A stretch of 64,000 bases of DNA. Source: Paragordius varius (taxonomy: Eukaryota; Animalia; Nematomorpha). Numbering within the stretch: the first letter of the stretch is position 1; each line of letters begins with the position of its first letter. The notes under the pieces are model-generated. The model did no database searches. It was given only the letters and a program-made list of their open reading frames with translations, and had not been told where the DNA came from. This document shows positions 38,867-52,600 of this stretch, one piece after another. Position numbers and translations under genes: made by a program. The stretch is taken from NCBI GenBank assembly GCA_964247055.1, contig OZ176051.1, forward strand, positions 9,300,001-9,364,000. Direction: 5' to 3'.

Positions 38867-40634
38867 TCAAATTCCCATAAATTTATAATATATTGTAGCT
38901 AAATATCGTGTGCCAATTATTAAGATAAAATATCCAGATATTGTAGACGTAACTGGATCAATGTCATTATTTTTTATCTTTTCATTTACATCGTAACGCA
39001 TCTGAGACAAGACAACGGTAGCTATAATTACAGTGCTTATACCAAAGAATACCATACCAAACTATAGAGAAATAGATATGTAAGTTAACTACATTTTGTA
39101 TATATTAAAGAAGCAAAATTAATTTTATTGATATATACCATTTATAATTCAAATTCACCCTTGAACAATTTAAATTCACCCTAAAAATAACTCTGTTTTC
39201 GTGCTGAACCCAACTCATGATTAATATGAAATATATATCTTTATGGCATATTTTATTATTTTTTCAGTATTTTTTAATTCAAAGCATAATTATAATATAA
39301 GTAATTTTTTAAAAAACATTTAATTCATTTTAGGATGAATTCAAATTATTCGAGGGTGTTGAATTTTTCAAGGGTGATTTTGAAGTGTAAATGGTATATA
39401 TATACTGTGTGCAAAAAAGAGGGTCATTTTGATTTAACGAAAAAATTTTTTTTTAGATAGCTTACGACCAGCGTATTCATTTGCCGCAAAAAACCATATT
39501 TGTTGACAACCTAGTTTTTAAAATATTGAGAGAAAATCGAAATCGGGCAAAAGTGAAAATTAAGGATAATTAAGGATAATTCAAAAAATAATGATAAAAT
39601 CTGAAATATTATCGTTTATTATCATTTTAGGAGATATTTTTAATATAAATAGACTAAAATCATATAGTTAGGGTTTCTATAAAATTTTAGCTCAAAATAG
39701 CGTTTTTCTTTTATCACACTTAAAAGACAAAAAAATTTAATGAAACGATATTAAAATAATTTTTTCAATTATTAACTACCTAAAGTCACTATTAAAATCT
39801 TTACATTCATATTTTATTCAGGAGTATAAACTTCTACATCAAAATAGAACCAAAAATATTGTTTTTTATTTTTGCATTTTTTTGTCATCTGGTTTATGAG
39901 TGTATAAAAAATTTATACTGTTTATTTTGGATTCTTACCTGATAAGGAATTAATTATTAAGTATATAATTTATGCAAAATAGGATTGAAAATGTGGAATA
40001 TCAACCAATCCTTACAATATCCTGTAACAAGTCTGTTTATGACAAATTAATATTTGTATTGGGATTTTTACGGATTGTTGGTTCATATTTCACTAATTTT
40101 CAAACCTATCTTGCATAAATTATATACTTAATAATTCCCACTTATGTAAGAATCCAAAATTATACACTCATAAACCAGATGACAAAAAAATGCAAAAATA
40201 AAAAACAATATTTTTGGTTTTATTTTGATATAGAAGTTTATTTTCCTGAATATGATATGAATGTAAAGATTTTAATAGTGAGTTCAGGCAGTAAATAATT
40301 AAAAAAAATTATTTTAATATAGTTTATTTAAATTTTTTTGTCTTTTTGTGTGATAAAAGAAAAACGCCATCTTTTGACCTAACCCTAACTTTATGATTTA
40401 AGGCTATTTATATATTGAAAATATGTCCTAAATGACAATAAACTATAATATCTCAAATTTTAGCATTATTTATGAATTATCCTCAATTTTCAATTTTTAC
40501 CCGATTTCGATTTTTCTTAATATTTCAAAAACTAGGTTGTTATCAAATAAAAAATTTTGCGGCAAATGAATACGCTCGTTATAAGCTATCTCATGAAAAA
40601 AAATTTCTTTGTTAAAAATTTTTTGCACACAGTG

Positions 40635-40681
<47 letters not shown>

Positions 40682-43600
40682 TTACATCATTATATTATTA
40701 CCCTATTTCTCAATCTACATAACGAGGATTTTAATGTAAAGTGATAATTTTCAGGTGTAAGGTTTTCTTTAAGTTTTTTTATCCAAAATATTTTTTCCTT
40801 TAAGCTAATTGTAACATTATGAAACTCTTCTAATTTGGGTTGCAACATCCATGCGTTTTCCGACCATTTCGGAGGGATCGTGAATGTGTTATCTAAAACA
40901 CAGCATAAAGCATAGTATTAAATACTTTTTATGATTGACGCTTTTTTGAATGAAGATAAAAACTTTTTGTAAATGCACAATTTACGACGAATTTAAAATA
41001 TTATCAAAAAATATTTTCTAAAACAAAATGTAATTAAATTCCAATATATATTCCTTTTTTAACCATGAGAGACTATTTTCGTTGATTTTTTCATATACTA
41101 TAATGTAGGAATCTTTTTTGCTTATCTTTGCAAAAATAATTTGCACCAGTTATCACAATTAAAAATTGTCTCTAATTTTAAAAGAATAATTTAATGCTAG
41201 GGATTAATCACATATTGAGGAATTAATTATGATGATGAAGAGTTGGCCAAAATACTGATCATGCTTAGAAGCAAATTAAAAGGATAATACTTATCGATTA
41301 TTATTATTATTATTATAAAATTTAACACTCACCAGGGGTGTCAAACACGCGGCCTCCAAAATATTTATGAAGCCCTGTGAAAAATTTTAAATACAAAATC
41401 CTACGAAACTAAAAAAAATTAATTACCTCAAACAAATTTTCTGAATAAATTTTCCGAATTTCGTCAATGAACAAGCAAAATACTTTATATGTAGAGTCTT
41501 AGGTCTATATTCTAATTATTTATCAATCCCCATATATTTTCTAAATGTGGCCAGTCGGATTTAATCCAACTCGAAGCCATTTGTGTTTGACACACCTGTT
41601 CTAAACGATAGGCTAATAATAAATTATTAATTACTTTTGTATTTTTCCGTTTCTCCAGTATTATTCTATATATAAATATAATGAAATTAAGTTATAGTAA
41701 CGAGAACTATTATTTGTCATTTAGCTATTTAAATCAGGGTTGCCGAAACCGCATGAACCCGGTTCCTGAGATTTAAATAAGAACCGGTTCCATTGGGATG
41801 GAACCGACGCGGTCCCGGTTCCACTTCTCCGGGAACCACCCCGGTTCGATCTACAATTTTTAGGAACCAGCCCGGTTCCGGTTCCACCCGTTCAGAACCA
41901 ACCCGATTCCGGTTCCGCCCCCTTGATTACTGGTTCCCATATAATTTTTATTATATTTTATATTTAAATTTGATTGTACTACTACACATTACAACATACT
42001 TCAAACCTAAAATTAAGCACCTAATATTATATTAGCGATACTCTCTAAATTATGGTTTGGCTCTTCTAAAAAGTCATAACATAAGTTTATTTATAACTTA
42101 TGTTCGTATATATTCCGTTGAAAGGAATTTTCAACCATTAATTTTCAGATTTGAGAAGCAGTTTGACAAAAGAATTGGTTGGTGCAATGATTTTTTAATT
42201 AAATAAATTTTTTTGCCATACTTAATTTAACTCTCATCTTATACCTTTGGACTTATACATTTTCCTATTTTATTTTTATAATTTGTTTCATTTATTATGC
42301 TACATACATTTGGCATTTTATAAAAAAATTGATAAATCATTTAATTTAAAGTCAGGAACCGAAAATGAAACCGGTTCTAAATGTAAAAAACCGGTTCCGG
42401 AACCGTTAAATTTTTAACGAACCAAGCCGGTTCCGGTTCCATTTGTTTAGGAGCCACCCCGGCTCCGGTTCCAAAATCCAAGGAACCACCCGGTTCTATT
42501 TTCAATTCTTAAAAACCAACGCGGCTCGGGTTCCATTGATCAGGAAGGGACCCGGTCCCGGCTCCACTCTTTTTGAACCGGTTTCAAGCCCTGATTTAAA
42601 TGGTTAATAAGAAAGCGCTGATATATATGAAAATTTTAACTTTGATTAGTTTAATTTTAAATCACTTTATTTTTTTCTCTATCGTATTAATTAATATAAT
42701 TAATCATAATGAAAAATCATGGATATCAATAGACATATATATTTCCCCTTACATAAATTGCCATTTATAGCTCTGATACTGTATTGTTTTTACATGAAGA
42801 AATTAACAATATAGTGTAAAATCATATTGTTTATTCAATGTTCGGAGAGCTTTTACAAAAGTATTATTTTGCATGCTTTCAAGTAATAATCTTGACTGCG
42901 AATGCTACATACAATATTAAAAAACTAGCATTGTACTTTAACTCATACTGTATTTATGGATCAGCTTGCCTAATAATTTAAAGTAAGGAGGATTCGTTAA
43001 AATAAACCGACACGAATGTAAGCGCTAAAGGATTTGTATAAAATACAAAATAATTTCCGTAAAAAGAATTTTAATGTAAAAACATTATGGAAATTAAATT
43101 TGCACAGGGCCGCTAATTCTATTACCTAGGATAAATAATTTAAAGTTAATAAGAGAAAAAAATATTACCAATAATAAAATAGTAAAAATTAAATTCGATT
43201 TATTTAATAAAAATTTAAAATTATTAATTTTCGAGTGATATAGTTCACTCTTTGTCAAAAAAATTGAATGAAATGGTAGATTTCTAAGGCTTATATAGGT
43301 GCGGGAAAAGGTAATTGATGGAAAAAACGAGTAAAAATAAGATTATACTGGAAAAAATCGATTACCCTTTAATAACTTTGTTAAATTGTGGAATGATGTT
43401 TAATAATTTATATGTACAATAATTATGATAGCGTAGTCCCTGATTGCCGACAACAATAAGCGATGGTCTCTGTTTAGACTAGCTTTGCGTTTCTTAATTT
43501 TATTGCTTCACGTATGTGACGCTTAATTGGGTTATCGATGTTTCTTGATTATTTCTGTTTTTATTTGGTGATTTTTTGTGCATATATGTTCTGATAGACC

Positions 43601-46600
43601 AGAAGGTGGTTTATTATTGCGAAATGAGTTTTGTTCATTGAGTCTGGTGCTGGTGCTTCTTCAACACGTGGCTTGTGATTGATTAATTTAGACATTTTGG
43701 TTTTCAAACTGTACGAATATTAATTTATTTAAATTTTTAAATAAACAAGATGTGGGGAGGTAAATTCATTGTTATTATTATAATGGTTTGGAGTGAAGTG
43801 TATTCAATAAAAAAGTTTGGAAGTGTAGCCATTTTGTATGAAAGATTGTTTAAAAAATTATTACTCAGTTTGGACTATAAATCGCAGATGCCATATGCTC
43901 TGTGGATGAGGGTTCGGATTACAGATTGTTTTTGTGCAGGTTGGTGGTGCGAGAACGTGTTGTGGTACAAATTGGCGTGTGTTGGTTTGCGGTAGACTAT
44001 GTGATTGAATTTGCTGTCTGGTTTGTCAGCATTGTATCTAGGAAACTATTGAAAAATTATTATCTTCCAATGTAAATTTAATGTTTTTATTTAAACTATT
44101 TATATGATTGTAAAATTGCATACCTTTGTCCTCCTTACCATATGACAGAGACATCCGTATCTGAGCCAAATAGTGGGGAGGAATACCGTTGTATTAATAA
44201 CCTTTTCAAAACTTTCCATAAAAATATCTGCGAGAATTGGAAAAATGCTAGAGCCCATGGGGGTGCCATTTTTTTATAGGTAAAATTGGTTGTTAAGACA
44301 AAAAAGGTATTATGAAGACAGATGCGGGTTAGTTTTGGGATATGAGGACGTAAGCCCTTATTAGTTAAATCGCTTATAAGTTTTAGAAATTCTAATCTGG
44401 GGACTATAGTGAGAAGTGATTCAACATCGAAAGATACTAATAGATCAGTCTGATTGATTGGAATGTTTTTAACTTTGTTGGTGAAATCCACACTATATTG
44501 AACGTATGATTCTGTTTTTTGGCAAAGGGTTTGAGAAGTTAAAAGTTTATCTGTAGAAGAATTGATGTTGCTTACTATGGTCGTAAAGGTATCCATGTAC
44601 CTTGGGGTGTCCATAAATCCGAGGTGCTATTGTAAATTTTGGTGTAGATGCGGTCTTTTCCTAGGGAATAAGAGAGGATTCTTTTATGGCCTTTTTATAT
44701 GTTTATTCTATTTTGGGCCTTTTTGATAACAGAATAATCATAAATTATCAATAAGTCGTTCATTTTATTGATATATAAGTGTTTGTTCATGATAGGAGTT
44801 GAGTTGCCTTTATCAGCTGGCAGGATAACAAGGTCTGGCCATAAATGAATCCTCTCTTACTCCCCAGGAAAAGGCTGCATCTACACTAAATTTTACAATA
44901 CCACCTCGGATTTATGGACTCTCCAAGGTACATAAATCTGGGATACCTTTACGACCAATAGTATGCAACATCAATTCTCCTACACATAAACTTTCCAAAC
45001 AACTTCTCAAATATCTCAAACCCTTTGCTAATAAAACAGAATCACACCCTCAAAATAGTGTTGATTTCATCAAGATAATAAACATTCAAATCAATGAGAC
45101 TGATCTGCTAGTATCTTTCGATGTTGAATCACGTTAAAGTACCCGAATTAGTTTTAAAACTTAAAACGATTTAACTAATAGAGGCTTAAATCCGGATAAC
45201 ACAAAACTAACCCGCATCTATCTTTATAATACCTTTTTTGTCTTTAACAACCAATTTTACCTACAAAACAATGGCACCCCTATGGGCTCTAGCATTTCTC
45301 CAATTCTCGCAGACATTATTATGGAAAGTTTTGAAAAACTTACATATGATACTCGGTATTCCTCCCCACTATTTGGCTCAGATACCTAGATGATGTCTTT
45401 GTCATAAGGCCACACTGAGAAGAAAGATTATGCAATTTTTAAGATCATAAAAATAGTTTAAATAAAAACATTAAATTTATAATGGAATATGATAATGTTT
45501 CAATGAATTCCCTAGATACAATGCATAAATTAATCAATCACATCAAACAAAGTTTCAATCTCACGTCATTGATTACCGGAAATATATCAAACCACGTGTT
45601 CCTGTGACCAAATATATATAGGAGAAACTGGAAGCAGCATCAGCACAAGACTCAATAAACAAAACTCATATTTTCGCAATATAAACCACCTTCTGGTCTA
45701 TCAGAACATATATGCACAGAAAATCACCAAATAATAAAAACAGAGGTAATCACGATAAGAAACGCAAAGCTAGTCTAAACAGATACAATGGCTTATTGTT
45801 GTCGTCAATCTGGTACTATGCATCATTATAATTATTATATACTTATTACACATTATTTTTTGCACAGTTTAACAAAGTTATTGTAAGAATGATCGATTTT
45901 TCAGTATAATCTTGTATTTACTGGTTTTATTAATCAATTACCTTCCCCGCACCTATATAAGGATTAAAAATCTACCATTTCACACAATTTTTATTTGACA
46001 AAAAGTGAACTATATCATTCGAAAATTAATAATTTTAATTTTTATTAAATAAATCGCATTTAGTCTTTACTATTTTATTATATGATTTATTTTGCACTTA
46101 ATTTAAAGATTATCCTATAACACGGAGTATATAAATAATATATATTTACAACAATTATAAATATTATAATAAAATTATAAGGCTAGAATCCGCAACATCG
46201 AATTTTTAGAAAAGTATTTTTATTATATTTTTAATGCTTCGATGTTTCCGCATGGGTCAAACATAAAATAGCTGCGAAATTCGATAAAATTCGAATTTTA
46301 TGAAAAATGCTTTCATCATTGATTTGTAAATAAAAATTTGAATTTTAGTGTTCGATGTTTAAAAATGTTAGTCGATTCAATTAAATGGATTTCAAAATGC
46401 GCGACTTCCAACACTATCTAAAAAATATAATTAATACTAATATGTTTTTTTTTCAAATTAAATTTTAAATATATTTAGATTTGGTGCAAGCTTCTAACAA
46501 AACCATAATTTAACTGAAAAATTATATTTTTAGTAATTTACAAAAAAGTCAATGCTCGTAGCCTTAAAAATGGGCAATGCGAATCACGATATATGTTTCA

Positions 46601-49600
46601 ACCAAAATTGTGTGGTTGCATATTTTTGTTAATTGAATATTTTTCAAATAATCTACTTCACGTGTCCCCCAAAACACATGATTGATGGTTAAATAGATGT
46701 ACAACGGTAGGCTTATAAATGTTGATGGAGCTAAAAGGATGTATATTGGTGCTAAAAATAAAAAATGGGCTTCCATTCTATTGTAATAGGCCGCTGTAAC
46801 AAAAATTAGTATTAGGCCCCCCAGCAGTAACCAATCATCAATGAATTCCTTTGAATCACCTTCAGCATGTGAGGTAAAAATTGGAATGCATATAGTATAA
46901 AGGTATGAGGACATAATAAACCCATAAATCCAAGCCAGAAATTCAGCATAATATAGCTATCCACACAAAATAAATAGAATATAAATAATTGAAGGAAAAG
47001 AGTGGTATCAATCAATTTTTTTACTATTCTTAACCTGAATATTTATCGCCATTTTCAGACATATTACGATATTTGTTAGAATCGGTATTAATAATGTGAT
47101 AATAGCCATCCCAAAATTTAAATTAAATGCAGTTACTAGAGCATGTGTCAGGATTAAAAACATAATTGAAGGACAAACTAACTGGTGAACTATTGTAAAT
47201 ATCTAAAAAAATAAAAAAATAAAATGATGTATTTTAAACATAAATATTACTATTAACCGTAAATAAAAAATACCGAATCAATCAAATTTTGCATATTAAA
47301 AATTATTATAGAGAGATAACACCAAATGATTCGTTGGTTAAAAAAATTGCATCATAGCTAAATATTAAGCCAAAATTTATCGAACATTTTAAGCGGTAAA
47401 CATATGGACATTTTGTCGTCGATTTTCAAAAGAAATATGCTTTCTAAGATCAAGTAATTCGGATTTATCGAGGGATTAGTTTAATTGTAGTTGACGAAAA
47501 TGTGCAAAAGCTGTACTTCAATGCTTATAATTGGTTATTTTAGTAATATTTAAAGGTAGCCCATGGGTTTCGTATTAAATATAATGAAATTGTTTACAAT
47601 TGAATATTATTGCCATATTCCGATAATTATTTTAACGACCATTAGCGAAATTATATATTTTTTGTAAATGAGGATCCTTAGTTAAATTAATTTCAGCATA
47701 TGTGACTAATAATATTTTTTCCCATTTGATATTTTAGTCTTATACTTTGGTATTATATTTATTATATGATCAATCAGATTAAATTAACATCTGCACCAAA
47801 AACATTAATGCATCATTTAATAATAGCTTAATGTGATATTTGCTTTTAAACATACCGCTTTCTACTTTGGTAAGGATATAAATATACCACATAAAATTCA
47901 TCACCCTTAAAGAATTTAAATTCCCCCTTGACTTTGAACAATCAAATTTACCCTCGAACAATTGAAATTCACTTTAAAATAAATTGAGTGTTTTTAGGAT
48001 TTAAAACTTATATTTTTTTATATATCTGAAAAATGAAATTTTCTTAAAAATTAAAATAATACTGAAAAAATAATAAACTATGCCATAAAGATATATTTTT
48101 TATTAACAATGAGTTTATATTAGTTCGAAAACACATAAAATATTTTTACGGTGAATTTGAAAAGGGTGTTGAACTGTAAATGTTATATAATGATGTGATA
48201 ATATTATTATTGATATTTCTTAAATGAGATTCTTAAGATTATTGAGTCTAACACAATCAAACCAAGTCCCTCTTTCAATAAAATTTAATGGATGGTTTAA
48301 ACAAGGTTCTAGCAATCAGCTCTTTAATTTGATTTATAGGTATAAAATTTTTCATCACTTTAAAGTGGGAAATTCTTTAAAAAATTTAAATGGCGAATTT
48401 ATAGATATACCGCCACTCGATATTTATGTTTTTGTCATTTTTAACACTATTTATATACTCTAATGAACCGTTTCTATTACATTAATCATTATTCATGAAG
48501 CCTTGATTGTCCAAGGATTTGCCACTGACAATAATCCTTATAACGGTGTTGTTATATTTGAAAATAGGAATATTTTAGGCCTACAAAAAAACGAAACCGA
48601 GCTAAAATATTTTACAAAAATTTATACGATATAAAGCTCTTTATGTGTAGAATAGATAAAAATAACATTTATCTTCCGTCAACTAAATGTTGGCTGAATA
48701 TTAGGAAAAATTCAAACATAATAAATGTATCAGTTTGGCGTTTTCCTATTTGGCCAATATATATTTATAACGTGGTAATCTTAATAAATTTTGATTTAAA
48801 CATATATGATAGTAATATAACCAGATTAACCCTAAAAATATTTTTTCTCGGTTTATATAGTAGTTCCCGAAAACATAAATTACACATTGATTTCCTATTT
48901 ATGTGAAAGGTAACTGAATCATAAACAAAATAATTATATTTTGTTTTAAAAAGGTTTTTGAAAAACAAGTGCATTTAAACCCTAAACTAAAGTAATTAAC
49001 ATAGGTAACAACATACCTGATATAATATACAAACATAAGTAATATTGTTGTTTGGATATTTACGCCTGATAACTGTATCAATAATTTCCCACGTATTAGC
49101 TAACGTTCCTGGTTTCCAACGTCGTTTTTGATTAAAATATTCTGTAAAAGTGTGGGGAATATTAGATTCCACTAAAGCCGTCGGTATTTTTTCCAAATCA
49201 TACCCCAATCGTCTGATCAGCAGGCTAAGATATCTAAATATTATCCGCGACAAAAAGATGTGTCATTTATTATAAAACACCAAAACAATTAAATTTAGCA
49301 CACATTTTAATATATTCCCAGAGGCGCAGCTTGCATTTCGGGCGTCCCGTGCATGAAGACGCCCCCTTACCCCCATGCATTTAAAAAAATAATTAAATTC
49401 AAAGAGTACTCATAAATGGGTGATTTTTTGTGAATTATTTAAAACCTTTTTTTGAAATAAAATTAATTTAAAATCCCGGGCCCCTTCAACTATGGCGCGG
49501 TGTATCAGCCCCCTTCCCCTCTAATTCCTTTAATGTTTTTTATCTCAAAAATGTGTTACGTGCAGAACTCATGATAAAGATTTCAATTGTTTAAATACCC

Positions 49601-52600
49601 CTAATAAGGTTTTCAGGATATATATATAGACATGAAAATGATGCATGACTGACAATCCTAATGTTTGATGAATGCTATATATCGTTAAAGTATCATACGA
49701 TAAAATCAAAATAGAGTGATTTTTTTGTGAGCTTCCATTGCGAGCCAACTATTATTAGAATTCGTTGTCCCAACAAGTTACGAGTGAGTAAAGAGGTATA
49801 TTTATAGAAACTTTAATTAAGGTGTTTTATGATTTTATAATTTAGTGACATCTAAAACACAGAATTCGAAAATATACCATTTCCCAGTCTAAATTAACGT
49901 TTTCCCAGTCAATCGAAACATTTTCCCAATCAATCGAAACGTTTTTCCAGTCAATCGAAACGTTATCCCAGTCAATCGAAACATTTTCCCAGTCAATCGA
50001 AACGTTTTCCCAGTCAATAGAAACATTTTCCCAGTCAATAAAAACATTTTCCCAATCAATAAAAACGTTTTTTCAGTCAAAAAAACGGTTTTATTTTTGA
50101 TGGTAAATATCAAAAGAAGACATAAAAATAACTTTCAGCCATTATCAGCGTAATATTAGGATATTCTTTTTATAAAAACACAATCATTGAATGACCATTT
50201 TCCAAGTATATTCCAGGGCGCAATCATTAACTTATTCTTTAAAAATTATATTTTTGGAATTTGAGATGTTTTTAAGATAATGTTTTTTGATTTATTGATA
50301 GTTCGCATTAATATTTGCCGAACGCTTCAAAACAGTTTCTAAATTCAAGTTTTTCCATAAAAGGAAAAAATTTTTAAACAAAATATTTTTTCGATAAAAA
50401 TGTTTTTAAAAAAAAATTAATAAAAAGATAATAGAAAACAGGGGTGTCTAACCAAATGGCTTCGCGGCCGCATTGCTCAAAAAGCACAGCGTTCCGCATT
50501 TGAAATATTTCATTAATAATTTTTCGATTAGAATTAAGACTGTAAAATACAAAAATATAACATTTTTTTTAATTTGTTACAAATTTAATAGACTCATTCA
50601 GAATAATTGAGTAAGAAGTATGAATATTACTAAGATTTAGTGGGCATATTTTTGCATATGGATTTCCAAATTTTGCGGGCCGCACAAAGATAATCGGCAG
50701 GCCGAGTTGGGCACCCGATGAACTGATAAATATTATAAAATTCCAATATGAAGTGTTAAATGACCTTTGAGATTTTTAATATTTCATCCGTAACTATAGA
50801 TTTTGTAAGTTAGCCGCAAATAATGCGAATACATCTCAAATTCCAAAAATATGATTTTTAAAGAATAAATCATTAATGATTGAGCACTGGAATATACTTG
50901 GAAAATGGTCATTTAATAATTGTGTTTTTTAAAAAAAATAATATCCTAATATTACGCTGATAATGGCTGAAAGTTATTTTTATGTCTTCTTTTGATATTT
51001 ATCATCAAAAATAAAACCGTTTTCATTGACTGGGAAAACGTTTTTATTGATTGGGAAAATGTTTTTGTTGACTGGGAAAATGTTTCTATTGACTGGGAAA
51101 TGGTATATTTTATAATATTACTACATAATATTGAATTGAAGTATAGATGATACCTGAGACCATTGAAAGTCATAGTTTCTCATTTCTAATGTAGCAAAAA
51201 AAATATATGTCTCTGAGATACCTAGAAAAAACCCATATTTAAATTAGGATGGAAAGACTGGAGAAAATTCCCTGAATGTGTGTACAGCATTCATGAATGA
51301 AAAAAATATTTTTAACATAGATTTTCGGGGACTTATATTTTTACAACCCCGGGACAATACACAGAAGCTAATAAAAAAAGGGCTCTTGCCTCATATATAA
51401 TGGACGAAAAAATTATTAATTGATTGACCTTTCTCTCATCAAAATAATTTGAAAGGCTATAGATGAATTTTATGCCGAAACATCTAATAAAAAATTCTTA
51501 AGAGAAACGATATTTTTACAACTCGGATATTGCGTCAGATCGCCCAACATGTAAAAATGTTTTTTGATTAATACGAATAGATTTGCACAAAATGTAATAT
51601 TACAAACGGTCGGGTCAAACTTATAAGCAAATTTAAAGATACATCCATTATAATTGGTGCCTTATTGTAGAGATTGTTGACTAGAAATAAATTTTGATGG
51701 GTTCACGCTCTTTCAAGAAAATTGTTTAACAAACTCCATTTTCATCGCATGGGAATCCCCCAATGAAAATTTTAATTACGCTCATATATTTACATTGTAA
51801 TACAAATGGTAGGCAACTATGCTCTATTTTGAAAATTGGTTGGAATAATAACTTTTTGAGGTTTTTTTTCATAAATGTGATTTTACGGGTTTAACGGCTT
51901 CAAGGTTTCATTTAAGAAAAGGAACCACACTGGGCGTTTTCATGCATGATTCAAAAATTTCATCGTTAGATTTAATAGACCTACACGTTTTCCAGAAAAT
52001 TTTTCCAAATACATTTTACATTTTACTAATATTATAAAATATATAATCAAAACGATGTTCCTTTTTATGGTAGTTATAAAGGTTTCCCAAAATTTTAAAC
52101 AATAGGAATTGTAAGGCTCTTGGCTGCTATATATACGCAAAAAACCGCAATCGCGCAACAAAAACTAATATGTTTAAAGGGATAAAATAACAAACAACAC
52201 AATTTTAATCAATCCCGATATGTCATTGATTGGAATGTCAATCTGCACCAAACTATCCTACTTTGCTACATTATGAGATCTAACTCATTGGAAAGTCCTT
52301 AATGTTGGGAAAGGTTAGTGGTACACCTAGAAAGGGCCGAAAAAGAATAAGGTTGATGGGCATTACTTTGCAATAACCCAACATCAAAACTAAACGCAAT
52401 CTATAGAGGAATTTTAGCATTATTGCAAAAAGTCGACCTCGACTCTAGCAATACAATACTAATTCGCAATAAAAATTGGTTTTAGAAAAAAAATACGTAA
52501 AATCAGATAAATAAAAATTTGGTAAAGAGTTATTCTATGGCACATTGTACAAAATGTTAGTTATATAAATCTTTTCCCACACAATTTGATGGAGAAAGTC

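Noticed and set aside
49884-50095. CRISPR-like array
   Set aside because: The repeats are contiguous with no unique spacers, the context is eukaryotic, and there are no cas genes. The same applies to 62575-62665.
49889-50113. ORF with LTGKMFR heptad repeats
   Set aside because: It is the translation of the 21-bp minisatellite in a Family B transposon arm, not a gene.
51180-52600. Possible LINE or other retroelement remnant in a chitin synthase intron
   Set aside because: Slightly GC-richer and coding-like, but no motif could be identified with confidence.
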